DNA from: Nitrospirales bacterium
Lineage (GTDB): Bacteria; Nitrospirota; Nitrospiria; Nitrospirales; UBA8639
Direction: 5' to 3'
Assembly: GCA_965223295.1 (NCBI GenBank)
Contig: CBDCWC010000002.1
Location: 544,001 to 608,000, forward strand
Length of the DNA: 64,000 nt
Shown: piece after piece, positions 19,558 to 30,403 of the stretch
How positions within the stretch are numbered: the stretch's first letter is position 1
Layout: every line of letters begins with the position of its first letter
The notes under the pieces: model-generated
Told to the model about the DNA's origin: nothing
Databases searched by the model: none
Seen by the model: only the letters and a program-made list of their open reading frames with translations
Made by a program: the position numbers and the translations under genes

Positions 19558-22500
19558 TTGAGGGTTGCGCGAAAAAAGATCATGATATGGGGAGGTCTTG
19601 GACTCCTTCTCCTGACGAGTCTCTTACTCATTCTTCCCCGACTTTTGAATCCCGAATATTTACAGGAGTTGGTGCTTGAACATATCCAGCAAACCGTTGG
19701 GTCGCAAGTGACGGTAGGATATACATCGCTTGCGTTGTTTCCGTCTCCTCATTTTCTTGTTTCAGATATTGTTGTCAAAGAGCAGCCAGATTCTCATGCT
19801 GTTTTTCGTGCACAGTCAATGAGTCTAGAATTAGGTTTGGGGCAGTTGCTGCAGAAAAAGCTTGTCGTGAAAGAATTTTTTCTTGATAGTCCCGAAATTG
19901 AAATTCATCGAGATTCGTCGGGAAAATGGTGGGTATTAGGCCACTCTGATGAAAATTCATCCCTTTCCTCTCTTGCCTCTTTTTTAGTGCTTGGCAAACT
20001 CGTCGTCGCGAATGGAAAGATTATTATTATCGATGAATCCCCATCTGATAGTGTGAGAGGCATTGTATTAGACAATGTTACCTGTGAGACCGAAACCTCG
20101 TATGAAGGTGTCAACGTTGACTCAAGCCTGACCGTATCAGGGAACCTCCGACAAGGCCAAGATACTGCCCCGATTCAACTATCTGGCACATTGGTGGGTC
20201 AAACCAATGCTTCACCTTCTCTAGATAGGCAATTTATATATTTTGACCAGTTAGCCTTCAATGGACAATTTGAGACCAAGAATATTGTTGTGAGTCAGTT
20301 AGCCGAATATGTTCACAATGGTGGGCTTCTTGCTAAATTTCCTGGAAATTTAGAAGTCACATCTCAAATCAAATGGGTGAAAAAAGGGAAGGGTTCTCAA
20401 CTTCATCTATCTAATATTGCACTGGCTAATTCGGCCATGACCTTAGCGGGTAACGTGAATGTTGAGGGTTTGGAAGATGGCCATCAAATGATGTCAGTAT
20501 CGATGCGATCCGCTAGTCTTGATCTTAAAATGATTCGACAGACGGTGTCTCGAGCTTGGCTCCCTGATCCTCTTGTGGATATTTGGGACAAGGCAAAATG
20601 GGGCGGAGAATTAGAGTTGCTTGAAGCACGGGTTATCGGTTCAACGCGGTCAGATGTGGAGACTTCTGTGACAGGAACCTTTCGCCTCAATAACGGATTT
20701 CTGAACGTGCCGGAAATTCCTCAAACTGAACATGTTACTGCTACTGTGAGTGTGGAACCTGATCGGATTCAAGTTTCTGATGCGCGGGGGGTCTATGATG
20801 GCATACCTGTTAACGTCAATCAGGGGGTCTTGTTTTTTAAGGAACTGGGTCCTTGGGGTGAGGTGGAAATTCAGGGTCAAGTTCCCGCCAAAAAAGTGTG
20901 GGATTTTGTCAGTCATTTAGGCGATTCTAGTGATAGCGCAAATCCAATGCAGTCTTGGACGGTGTCCGAAGGTGATGGAATGTTACGCTTGCGATTTGCA
21001 GGGTATGTGTTGGATGAAGACGGTCTCGTATTTCAACAAGGCGACTATCAGCTTCAACATGTGACATTCACGATTCCTGGCTTACCCTATTCGTTGAGTC
21101 ATGCTCAAGGGACCATTCAATTTTCTCCGGATAGTACGGTCTTAAAAAACATTCAAGGAACAGTAGGAGTCTATCCATTAACGATGGACGGGACTATTCT
21201 CCACCAAGGAGATCTTCGCTTGGAACCATTGCGGGTGCATGCGGGGTTTGATGGACAAGATATTTTTTCCAATAAAGGGCCAGTGAGACAGCAATCCGGG
21301 ATTAAAGTTCGAGGGCCTTTACAGGCCTCGGTTACGATGCGGGGTCCCGTAAATCGTTTGCAGGCGAAAGGAAAAATTGATGGAGAAAAAGCTTCATTGT
21401 CGATTCCCTTCCTTTTAGAGAAAGAGGCAGGTCAGCAGGGAACATTGACATTCGATGGTCAGGTGCGTTCCGAAGGAACGATTCGTGTTGAACGAATGGA
21501 ACTTGCCATGTTGCCTCTGCGTCTTCAAGGTCAAGGTGTCATACGCTATCAATCAACATTGGCATGGGAAGGACGTCTTAATTCAGGACCAATTTCGATC
21601 GGGTTACTCCCAAACAAAGTGCACATGTTTGGGAATGCCATGGAAACAGGAATTTTTGAATTGCAATTGGGTGGGAAGGGGGTTGGCCAAGATTGGAAAA
21701 AGTGGGACGTTAAAGGGTGGATGGCGATGACGGATGGCGTGGCGAACATTCCTGGCATCGAAGAAACCATTGAAAATGTGTTTGTGCGATTGCGGATTGA
21801 TCGGGATCTGCTTGATTTAAAGCGAATGGAATTTCGTATGCGAGAAAGTGAAGCGGTGGTAAAGGGATTTATGAGAAATTGGCATACGAATCCACAAGTC
21901 AGTCTGATGTGGGAGTCGCCGCGATTTGATATTGATTTACTGATTCCTAAAGAAGAGCGATCAATCTTACGTGATGGATTTGAATGGCTCGCCGATCATG
22001 GAAAGTTGGAAGGGTCCATTTTAGTTGATCGCCCAATCTATAAAGCCTTTTCTGGTCAAAAACTATCAGCTGCCATAAGTATTCATGACAACTTAGTTTC
22101 AATCGATAAAATCCAAACAATGGTAGAAAAAGAGGGAAGTCTCAAAGGACGAGTGTTTGTGCTTCTTCCTCCTGGGAAACCAGCAGCGATGCGTGCGTCC
22201 TTTGATGGAAATAATCTGCCGTTTGAAAAATTTTTATTGGTGTTGGGCGATGAACGGCGTTTCGTGTCAGGAAGCATGAACATTCGAGGTATGTTGCAGG
22301 GCCATGGACGAAATCCGAGAGGAGTCATTCCGTCATTACATGGAGGAATCCAACTCTCGTTGCGTGATGGCTACGTTCGGAAAGAAACCATCCTGCCGAA
22401 AATTCTGGGTATTTTAAACCTTCCTCATGTCCTGCGAGACAAAGTGAGCTTTGAAAAAACTGGATTTCCTTTTGAAGCGATCAGCACGTCTCTGAAAATT

Positions 22501-22932
22501 GAAGAAGGAAGCTTCTCAACTAAAGATTTTCTCTTACGAAGTCCCATTATGAAAGCCACGGCAGCGGGAATGTATGACTTAGACAGAGATGACTTGAATG
22601 CAGTCGCGGCGGTGAGTCCATTTGGAGCCTATTCTGATACGCTGCAATCTATTCCGCTGTTTGGAAAAATATTTTCTGGAGATCGGAAAGGTATTGCGAC
22701 AGCGATGTTTGCCATGGGTGGGCAGTTAGCTGAACCGCAAATTGCCTATATGCCAAAGGAATCGTTAAAGAATGGATTAACGGGACTTGCGCAATTAGCG
22801 TTTGATGTCTTGAAAAATACCGTGCTGGTCCCTGTTGAGGTCCTGAATGGATCAAATGCAGAGAGGTCATCCTCTACCTCCGAATCGTCAAATCTGACGC
22901 CACAACAATCAAGTGAAACGACGGCAAAATAG
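19558..22932 (+). CDS. AsmA/YhdP-like periplasmic bridge protein
   Basis: N-terminal TM anchor, repetitive beta-rich body, AsmA-like C-terminus (LQSIPLFGKIFSG). Confidence 0.8.
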   Translation: MRVARKKIMIWGGLGLLLLTSLLLILPRLLNPEYLQELVLEHIQQTVGSQVTVGYTSLALFPSPHFLVSDIVVKEQPDSHAVFRAQSMSLELGLGQLLQKKLVVKEFFLDSPEIEIHRDSSGKWWVLGHSDENSSLSSLASFLVLGKLVVANGKIIIIDESPSDSVRGIVLDNVTCETETSYEGVNVDSSLTVSGNLRQGQDTAPIQLSGTLVGQTNASPSLDRQFIYFDQLAFNGQFETKNIVVSQLAEYVHNGGLLAKFPGNLEVTSQIKWVKKGKGSQLHLSNIALANSAMTLAGNVNVEGLEDGHQMMSVSMRSASLDLKMIRQTVSRAWLPDPLVDIWDKAKWGGELELLEARVIGSTRSDVETSVTGTFRLNNGFLNVPEIPQTEHVTATVSVEPDRIQVSDARGVYDGIPVNVNQGVLFFKELGPWGEVEIQGQVPAKKVWDFVSHLGDSSDSANPMQSWTVSEGDGMLRLRFAGYVLDEDGLVFQQGDYQLQHVTFTIPGLPYSLSHAQGTIQFSPDSTVLKNIQGTVGVYPLTMDGTILHQGDLRLEPLRVHAGFDGQDIFSNKGPVRQQSGIKVRGPLQASVTMRGPVNRLQAKGKIDGEKASLSIPFLLEKEAGQQGTLTFDGQVRSEGTIRVERMELAMLPLRLQGQGVIRYQSTLAWEGRLNSGPISIGLLPNKVHMFGNAMETGIFELQLGGKGVGQDWKKWDVKGWMAMTDGVANIPGIEETIENVFVRLRIDRDLLDLKRMEFRMRESEAVVKGFMRNWHTNPQVSLMWESPRFDIDLLIPKEERSILRDGFEWLADHGKLEGSILVDRPIYKAFSGQKLSAAISIHDNLVSIDKIQTMVEKEGSLKGRVFVLLPPGKPAAMRASFDGNNLPFEKFLLVLGDERRFVSGSMNIRGMLQGHGRNPRGVIPSLHGGIQLSLRDGYVRKETILPKILGILNLPHVLRDKVSFEKTGFPFEAISTSLKIEEGSFSTKDFLLRSPIMKATAAGMYDLDRDDLNAVAAVSPFGAYSDTLQSIPLFGKIFSGDRKGIATAMFAMGGQLAEPQIAYMPKESLKNGLTGLAQLAFDVLKNTVLVPVEVLNGSNAERSSSTSESSNLTPQQSSETTAK

Positions 22933-23017
22933 AAAACACGAAAATACTCTAGAGAACAGAATACAGATCAAGATTGACATTTCTTGGTCTGACAGGTTGC
23001 TATGAAAGGTCAATGCC

Positions 23018-24034
23018 ATGGTTCCAACCGTAGAATGGAAGAATGATCAAGTCCGTATTTTAGATCAAAGTCTGCTACCTGAAGAAGTGTGTTTTTTGAA
23101 TTGTTCTGACTATGTCTGTGTGGCTGATGCTATTCGGGAGTTAAGAGTGCGCGGAGCGCCTGCCATAGGAGTGACGGCGGCTCTGGGTATCGCTTTGGGT
23201 GCGAGACAATATAGAAAAGTGAGTCTTGATGGTTTTCATCGGCATATGGCAAATGTGTGTGACACGTTAGCGACGACTCGTCCTACGGCGGTTAATCTTT
23301 TTTGGGCTGTGAAGCGCATGAAACGAGTTCTTGGTGGAACTTCGTTTCATGATGTGACGGCCCTACAAGAATCTTTGTTAAAGGAAGCCTTACTGATACA
23401 TCAGGAGGACATTCAGATTAATAAAGCTTTAGGAAAGTATGGTGCCGCGATTATTCAGGATGGAGACAATATCTTGACACATTGTAATGCTGGGGCGTTA
23501 GCCACTGCCGGCTATGGTACGGCGTTGGGTGTCGTGCGAGCGGCGTGGGAAGAAGGCAAGCAGCTTCGTGTCTATGCGGATGAAACGCGGCCTGTGCTTC
23601 AAGGTGCGAGGCTTACGGCCTGGGAACTTCATCAAGATGGGATCCCGGTGACATTGATTACAGATAATATGGCAGGAGCCCTGATGAAAACCCAAAGTAT
23701 TCAATGTTGTGTGGTTGGTGCTGACCGCATCGCAGCTAATGGAGATGTGGCCAACAAAATTGGAACCTATTCGGTTGCTGTGTTGGCAAATGCCCATGAG
23801 ATCCCTTTTTATGTTGCCGCCCCTTTTTCAACAATTGATTTAGAGACTCCAAATGGACACGGCATCCCAATTGAAGAGCGAAATCCGTTAGAAGTGACTC
23901 AAGTGCATGGAAGCCGGGCGATTGCTCCTGCTGGCATTTCAGTATGGAATCCCGCATTTGATGTGACACCAGCACATTTAATTACTGGGATTATTACAGA
24001 ACGAGGTATATTAAAGCCCCATGAATTACGGTAA
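23018..24034 (+). CDS. mtnA: S-methyl-5-thioribose-1-phosphate isomerase
   Basis: [38 protein letters not shown] and NPAFDVTP motifs. Confidence 0.96.
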   Translation: MVPTVEWKNDQVRILDQSLLPEEVCFLNCSDYVCVADAIRELRVRGAPAIGVTAALGIALGARQYRKVSLDGFHRHMANVCDTLATTRPTAVNLFWAVKRMKRVLGGTSFHDVTALQESLLKEALLIHQEDIQINKALGKYGAAIIQDGDNILTHCNAGALATAGYGTALGVVRAAWEEGKQLRVYADETRPVLQGARLTAWELHQDGIPVTLITDNMAGALMKTQSIQCCVVGADRIAANGDVANKIGTYSVAVLANAHEIPFYVAAPFSTIDLETPNGHGIPIEERNPLEVTQVHGSRAIAPAGISVWNPAFDVTPAHLITGIITERGILKPHELR

Positions 24035-24072
24035 GAACAGGGGAGATAACCAGACAGGCGGTATGGAAAACG

Positions 24073-26511
24073 TTAGAGTATTTGACTCAGGACTCTGGAG
24101 AGATCCAAGAGGTTATAGGGTTTGGCAATGACGCCGGAAAATCCAAACTCTTGAAAACGTGACATCACAGGGTCATTGGAATAGCCACTTGAGACAATCA
24201 CAGCAGCGTTGGGGTCTAACGCCTTAATTTTTCGAAGAGTTTCTTGGCCACCCATTCCACCTGGAATGGTCAAGTCTAAAATGGTGGCGACATAAGAAGC
24301 ATTACTTTCTAACGCCTGTGCATAGTAGCTCACAGCGGTTTTGCCATCATGGGCCAGATCGATGTCAAAGCCAAGATGTTCAAGCATTTTTCCCAACACA
24401 TCTTGGATTTCTTCTTCATCATCCATAATGAGAATTCGCCCCTTCCCCTGGATCAACACGTCAGAGGATTCGGGAGGCGGAGCCTCTTGAAGAGAGGAAG
24501 CTGGAAGATAGAGCGTAAAACAGGCTCCTTTTCCCAGTGCTGAAGAGACAGCAAGGTGTCCCTCATGCCGTTTAATAATCGAATAAGTGGTGGCTAAGCC
24601 CAGCCCGCTGCCTTTTTGTTTGGTCGTAAAATAAGGATCAAAAATCTTAGAGAGATGATCTTCTGGAATGCCGATGCCTTGGTCGGTCACTGACACGCAA
24701 ACATAGTTCCCTGGTTTCAAGGGAAGGTCAGCAGGGGAAGGTATAGAACAATTTTCAGCTTCGACTGTAATTGCACCGCCCTCGGGCATAGCCTGATCGC
24801 CATTGATCACAAGATTTTGTATAACTTGGCTAATCTGGCCTTCGTCGACTTCAACTGGCCAAAGATGCTCCGGAATAGACAGGTGACAACGAACTCTCGA
24901 GCCTCGTAACGCAAATTCCACTGTATCGGTGATAATCGAGGCAATCGAGGTCGTACTCTTCACCGGAGCTCCACCTTTGGCAAATGTTAAGAGTTGTTTG
25001 GTCAGATCGCGAGCTCGCAAACAGGCTTTTTCAGCAGCGGTCAGTCGTTCAACAACAGATTCCTTACTTGAGGAAGCTCCTTTCCCAGTAATCATTTTGG
25101 CTAACCCAATGTTGGCAAAGACCGAGGTTAAGATATTATTGAAATCATGTGCGATACCTCCGGCCAGTAACCCCACAGATTCCAATTTTGTAGCGCGTAG
25201 GCGCTCTTCCTCCAATCGTTTTTGCTCCGTGATGTCACGTGTCACAATGACACCAATGATGGTACCGACACTTGTTCGAAATGGATGAATATGGCTTTCG
25301 AACCATCGCCATTCAGCTTGTTTGGTTTGAATACGGCAGATCATGTCAATTTCTTCAAGCGAATGTATTTGCCGATGAAATGACTTCAAGAGCTCTTGCC
25401 GTTCCTCTGGATGGACGAAATCAAAAAAACTTTTCCCTAACATGTCTGTGGAATCATATCCCAGGACTGCCCGACAGTTGGGACTCACATAATTGCAGTG
25501 ACTGTGATTGTTAATTTCAACAATTAAGTCATAAGCATTTTCCATGATGGCTCGATACCGTTGCTCACTGTCGCGCAAAGCGTCTTCGGTCTTTTTCCGT
25601 TGAAGTTCGCTCGCGGCTCTGGCAGCAAACAATTGGATGATGGATGTTGCCACGTGAGTTTGTGCGATTGGTTCGGGACTGAGTACTAACAGTAAGCCAA
25701 TGACTTGTCCTGCCTGTCCCCGCAACGCGCTACCTAAATAACTTGTGACTGGCCATGCCGAGAGGAGAGATGTTGGAGGAAAGAGCGGCGTGGAAAGAAT
25801 ATTGCCTGTGCAACCTTTGATGTGTATCAGATCTTCAAAGACCAATGGGGGTGGGGTCCATGCGATGTTTTCCGCAAAAGATCCATTTGCCCAAATAGCG
25901 ATCGTTTGTGTGTTGGGATGGGGAACGTGTTCAAGCTCAGCAAGAATCGCATAGGGGGCATTCAGAGCCTGACATAAATCTTTGACTAATGATCGTAAAA
26001 AGGCAATGCTGCCTGGCGCCGGATCGTTCTGCGCAATTTTGCGCAAAGCTTCTTCGAATCGCTTGGAATCAGTAATATCTTTGACGACCGAAATCGCACC
26101 CCATTGCGTCCCTTGAGTATCAAACAGTGGATAACACGATACGAGAAAATAGCCGGACAGAGACGGAAAAGAGGTTTCAACAACAGCTGAAAGCGCGCCC
26201 GCTAATACCGTGTCCCATGGAGGAGGATGTTGTGGATTGATGTTCCCATAATAGGGCAAGCGGTAGTGTTGGCCAACAATGGGGCCGATGTCGGGCTCAA
26301 CCTGATCACGCAGAGCTCGGTTCGCCCAAACAATGTTCCCAGAATGATCCAAGATCATGACATGATCGGTGAGTGCATCAAACGCTTGCTCCCACTTCTC
26401 GGTCATATGGGATTGAGGTAATTCAGTCATGTGTGACATTATCTTGTCCATACGGTGAGAAATGGATGCCGTGGTCTTGTGAAAGGGTCCGTGACGAATA
26501 GTTCTTACCAA
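24073..26511 (-). CDS. Hybrid sensor histidine kinase (PAS-GAF-PAS-HisKA-HATPase-REC)
   Basis: LAGGIAHDFNNILT, DPYFTTK..GSGLGL, C-terminal receiver. True start may be ATG 26451 or later. Confidence 0.92.
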   Translation of the reverse strand: MVRTIRHGPFHKTTASISHRMDKIMSHMTELPQSHMTEKWEQAFDALTDHVMILDHSGNIVWANRALRDQVEPDIGPIVGQHYRLPYYGNINPQHPPPWDTVLAGALSAVVETSFPSLSGYFLVSCYPLFDTQGTQWGAISVVKDITDSKRFEEALRKIAQNDPAPGSIAFLRSLVKDLCQALNAPYAILAELEHVPHPNTQTIAIWANGSFAENIAWTPPPLVFEDLIHIKGCTGNILSTPLFPPTSLLSAWPVTSYLGSALRGQAGQVIGLLLVLSPEPIAQTHVATSIIQLFAARAASELQRKKTEDALRDSEQRYRAIMENAYDLIVEINNHSHCNYVSPNCRAVLGYDSTDMLGKSFFDFVHPEERQELLKSFHRQIHSLEEIDMICRIQTKQAEWRWFESHIHPFRTSVGTIIGVIVTRDITEQKRLEEERLRATKLESVGLLAGGIAHDFNNILTSVFANIGLAKMITGKGASSSKESVVERLTAAEKACLRARDLTKQLLTFAKGGAPVKSTTSIASIITDTVEFALRGSRVRCHLSIPEHLWPVEVDEGQISQVIQNLVINGDQAMPEGGAITVEAENCSIPSPADLPLKPGNYVCVSVTDQGIGIPEDHLSKIFDPYFTTKQKGSGLGLATTYSIIKRHEGHLAVSSALGKGACFTLYLPASSLQEAPPPESSDVLIQGKGRILIMDDEEEIQDVLGKMLEHLGFDIDLAHDGKTAVSYYAQALESNASYVATILDLTIPGGMGGQETLRKIKALDPNAAVIVSSGYSNDPVMSRFQEFGFSGVIAKPYNLLDLSRVLSQIL

Positions 26512-27506
26512 ACAACTGTGGCAAACAGGTTAGCTAGTTCTGGGTCGAGGCTTTTTCCAGCTTCTTGTCGAATGGTCTCTCGTGCTTCAGGTACCGGCAT
26601 GGTTTGGTGAGTACTTTGCCCTGTGCAGTAATTGTCAAAGACATTGGCTAATCCTACTATCCGAGCCGGAAAGGGGATTTTGTCTCCAGCCAGGCCATCG
26701 GGGAAGCCCGATCCATCGAACTTTTCATGATGAGAACGAATAATCTGTTCAACAGCGGGATGAAAGGGAATGTTACTGATGAACTGCGCTCCAATCGTCG
26801 GATGACATTTCATGAGTTCCTGTTCCTGTTCCGAAATGGATGTATGTCCGGCAATTAATCGATCATGGATGCCAACCTTGCCAATATCGTGCAAATAGGC
26901 ACCAAGGTGAATGGCTTCCCGTTCATCTTGATTTAGTTGAAGATGTTCCGTGAGTAAGGATGAATAAAAGTTGACTCGGCTGGCATGTTGGACCAGCTCA
27001 GGATGTTTGGCGCCTAATAGGGTATCAATATTGGTCATGGCGGTTTTGACATCAATGCCTGAAGTCCAGAGGTTTCCCAGGGCTTGGAGAGCGCCCTGGA
27101 GTGAGGAGAGGCGTGTTCGACGCTCTAAAGCTTTTTTGATAATTTCTAGCAGGTCGGAGACATTGAACGGCTTCAGAACATAGGCCGCGACCCCAAGTCG
27201 TATCGCGTCAATGGCTGATTGTAATGTGCCATACCCTGTAATGATCACGACATCAACATCGTGTCCATTTTCGCGGATTTTGGCAAGAAGGTCGGTGCCT
27301 GGTTGATCCGGGAGCTTTAAATCAAGGGTGACCAGATCGATGGGGTGAGTGGCAAGGATTTGCAACGCAACTTCGGCCCGGTCGACCGTATACAGATTGA
27401 AATACGGTGAAAGAATAAGTTTTAACGCTTCTCGTGGGCCATGCTCATCTTCAACGATGAGAATGTTCGATTGAGGGAGAGAAGATCCGGTAGGCTCTCG
27501 ATTCAT
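26505..27506 (-). CDS. Response regulator with REC and HD-GYP-type domains
   Basis: ILIVEDE, LDLKLP and KPF receiver motifs; LHDIGK and HHEKFDGSGFP. Confidence 0.9.
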   Translation of the reverse strand: MNREPTGSSLPQSNILIVEDEHGPREALKLILSPYFNLYTVDRAEVALQILATHPIDLVTLDLKLPDQPGTDLLAKIRENGHDVDVVIITGYGTLQSAIDAIRLGVAAYVLKPFNVSDLLEIIKKALERRTRLSSLQGALQALGNLWTSGIDVKTAMTNIDTLLGAKHPELVQHASRVNFYSSLLTEHLQLNQDEREAIHLGAYLHDIGKVGIHDRLIAGHTSISEQEQELMKCHPTIGAQFISNIPFHPAVEQIIRSHHEKFDGSGFPDGLAGDKIPFPARIVGLANVFDNYCTGQSTHQTMPVPEARETIRQEAGKSLDPELANLFATVVW

Positions 27507-27732
27507 TCACAACTCCTTTTCCAGTGATTTCGCCTCATGAAAACGGAAAAAATGAAAAATCGTTCAAGAGTGAAAAAGCAATACGAATTCTGGAGAAGTT
27601 GCTCGAAAGTTCCTCAATTCATTGCAAGGTGAGTTTGTTTATTCGATAAAACCTCCTGATAAAAAAGTGGATTTCTAAATTAACATAAATCTCTCGTATA
27701 TCTAGAGTCTGGCATATTTCAGACAAGAAAGG

Positions 27733-28389
27733 CTATGGGTTTAACCCATAGCCAGATTGCAAGCGAAAGGCTTTGTCTTTGACAATCAGATCTTGAAATA
27801 ACTGTTGGTACAAGTCTTTCGCGACCACATTAATAAGATGGTCGACATCGGATGGAGAAAAGGTTGCAACCCTATCTGAGCCGTTAGCTCCTAACACCAT
27901 TCGAACGGTACTTCCATCCACCTTATTATTGGCCTCAAAGCGGACCCTCATATCCACGGTGATATCTGTAAAGCCAAATCCACTTTTTGCGTTGGCATTT
28001 AAGGATAACACTGTTCCGGTTAAGGTCACATCTTGATAGGAGTCTTGTCCTGATTGGTTTTCGCCTTGTTGAGAGGCACGCCAATTCCGTTCGTGAAGAT
28101 ACTCTAGCGCCAGATCCGCCATGCCTTCGCTGATATTGCCATTCCAGGCATTGAAATGGGTTTTCCCGCCCCAGAAATGTGTTCGAGACCCTAGTCGATG
28201 TTTTTGGGGACGTGCATCCTGAAAAGGCTCGACCAAAATCGTTAAGTCTTCATGGACGGCTTGTGCTCTATTGGAGGGAAGTGCATGTGGGTCAAAATTT
28301 ATCGTATTCCCTTTCCCTTGGCAGCTACTAAGTAACATGCTGAGTCCTAGGCAGCAAAATAATGTAAGGCGCATAGATCGTATGGTCAC
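27733..28389 (-). CDS. Lipoprotein (YajG-like)
   Basis: Lipobox LLSSC; VEPFQDARP motif; AGGAGG RBS before GTG. Confidence 0.7.
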   Translation of the reverse strand: MTIRSMRLTLFCCLGLSMLLSSCQGKGNTINFDPHALPSNRAQAVHEDLTILVEPFQDARPQKHRLGSRTHFWGGKTHFNAWNGNISEGMADLALEYLHERNWRASQQGENQSGQDSYQDVTLTGTVLSLNANAKSGFGFTDITVDMRVRFEANNKVDGSTVRMVLGANGSDRVATFSPSDVDHLINVVAKDLYQQLFQDLIVKDKAFRLQSGYGLNP

Positions 28390-28648
28390 AAATGTCTCCT
28401 CCTAACTCATTTTAGTGAATATCTATAATGTATGGTCCCGTTTTGCTGGGATAGTCCCATGACTAGAGAGGGCAAAAAAGAGGAATACTTGACGAAAAGT
28501 CTCTAATTCTAACTTAAAAGGATGGTAAATTTAAACCGTAAAGTCTCTCCCTATGAGCAAAAACTCTTCTTCCTTGACTTTCTTCTAAATCCCTTGAGAC
28601 TATCGTTTCCGTTATTCCTTCGTAGCTTTTGATAAAGGATAAGTCGCG

Positions 28649-29023
28649 ATGTGGAAGAGAAATTTTTTATTTCGAGCAGAAGACGCGGTGCCATTAGAGC
28701 AAACCGAAAATGAGTTATTTCACGAAACGGATCCAGCTTTAGATAGCTCGGGGCTGCACATGGATAAATATATATCAGTTTGGCTCCAAGGAGATGGGGA
28801 CGAGCAGAGGCCTTCCGTGTATACCAATATGTATGTACGTACCGCTACTCTAGATCCTGTCAAAAAAGTTGGATTTCTCCAACCACTCCAGGGGCGGTCG
28901 CACCAAATACGATCCATGCTCTCTGGCCCACAAAAGGTCTACCTTCGTGATTGGTTATCTCATTCATTTCCGCAAGCATGGCAAGAAGCGGATGAACATT
29001 TTCAAGCCATTCTTTCAGACTAA
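28649..29023 (+). CDS. Hypothetical protein
   Basis: 124-aa ORF with AAGGA RBS and globular composition. Confidence 0.7.
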   Translation: MWKRNFLFRAEDAVPLEQTENELFHETDPALDSSGLHMDKYISVWLQGDGDEQRPSVYTNMYVRTATLDPVKKVGFLQPLQGRSHQIRSMLSGPQKVYLRDWLSHSFPQAWQEADEHFQAILSD

Positions 29024-29110
29024 CGCATCGGACTTTGGTGTCAGTCCGTTCCTGCATGGGAGCATTAACTTTAAGTATTATATGAGTATTTTTTGTCGAT
29101 AGAGTAAAAG

Positions 29111-30370
29111 ATGGATCTTGCCACTGAAGTGTTAATCGTTGGAGCTGGTGGAGGAGGGGCGGTTCTTGGCATTGCCTTATCTAGAAAAGGGATTCCAAGC
29201 CTTACCTTAGAGCAAGCGGCTGGGCCTCCTCAAGGATTGCGGGGAGAAATTCTTCAACCCAATGGTCAAGCATTACTTCAAAATTTAGGATTGTTAGATG
29301 CACTCTCTCCTTCGGCCTCCAAGCCTGTCAGGTTTTTTCACTTTCGTAAAAGCGGTGGGCAGAGACTCTGTACAATCGATTATGGCATGCTGCCTGCTCC
29401 ATTTAATCGTGCTTTGGTCATGTTTCCGAATATCGTACATCGTACGATTCTTGATTGTCTGCAACAAGAAAACCCTGACGGGATCAAATTCAACGCAAGG
29501 TTTAAGTCCTTTTTTTTGGAAAAGAATAAGATTGCGGGTGTTCATGCCGAAATTGGTGGTGAACCTGTTCGTATTCGCGCTCAGGTCATTGTGGGGGCTG
29601 ATGGTCCTTTCTCGCACGTTCGAGATGCCATGGGAATTTCAGCGTCCTTGTATCGCTACAAAGAAAGTTATTTGGTCGCGGCTTTAGATTCATCGCAAGA
29701 CTTTGATGACGGACAATATTATGTTGGACAGAAAACCATTCTCAGTCTGTTCCCGGCTCCCGATAAAAAGGTCTATGCACTCTATATGGTATCTTCAGAC
29801 TCTCTTGGGCAGATGAAATCTGAAGGGGTATCGGCTCTTCGTGAAAAATGGAAAAAGATTGCTCCCGAAGTCGGCTCTCTGTTCAATTCATTGATTGATT
29901 GGACACAAACCGCGTATATGGGCACGGGACGAGTCCGGGCTAAGACATGGGTCATTGACCGTGCGGTGGTAATAGGTGATGCAGCGCATGGAATGAATCC
30001 CCATGCCTCCCAAGGTAGAATGCAGGCCATGGTGGATGCCATCACCCTTGCCGATATTCTTGAAAATTGTCATCGGAAGCAAGATTGGTCAGTGAAGTCC
30101 CTCAAACCTTTTGAAGTAGCTCGGCGCCCTCAAGTCACGATGTTACAACGGTTGGCTGATGAAGAAGTCTTTTTTTGGAATACAGGAAATCCTCTTTTAG
30201 CCAGGCTCCGGGATCGCGTATTTTGCAAAATGGATTCAAATCGGCGTTTGCAATATCAAGTTCTTTCAGCTACTGCTGGGCTGCGAGCTGCGGCCCCATT
30301 CGGATGGCTCGATCGTTTTCAAGCCGCAGGGTTCTTGCCTGATCCAAGAGCGAATCACATACCCGCATAA
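29111..30370 (+). CDS. FAD-dependent monooxygenase (UbiH/PHBH-like)
   Basis: LIVGAGGGG, VGADG..S.VR and IGDAAHGMNPHASQG motifs. Confidence 0.9.
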   Translation: MDLATEVLIVGAGGGGAVLGIALSRKGIPSLTLEQAAGPPQGLRGEILQPNGQALLQNLGLLDALSPSASKPVRFFHFRKSGGQRLCTIDYGMLPAPFNRALVMFPNIVHRTILDCLQQENPDGIKFNARFKSFFLEKNKIAGVHAEIGGEPVRIRAQVIVGADGPFSHVRDAMGISASLYRYKESYLVAALDSSQDFDDGQYYVGQKTILSLFPAPDKKVYALYMVSSDSLGQMKSEGVSALREKWKKIAPEVGSLFNSLIDWTQTAYMGTGRVRAKTWVIDRAVVIGDAAHGMNPHASQGRMQAMVDAITLADILENCHRKQDWSVKSLKPFEVARRPQVTMLQRLADEEVFFWNTGNPLLARLRDRVFCKMDSNRRLQYQVLSATAGLRAAAPFGWLDRFQAAGFLPDPRANHIPA

Positions 30371-30403
30371 TCTTCAATCACTTTTGGCTATTCATAAAGT
30401 ACC

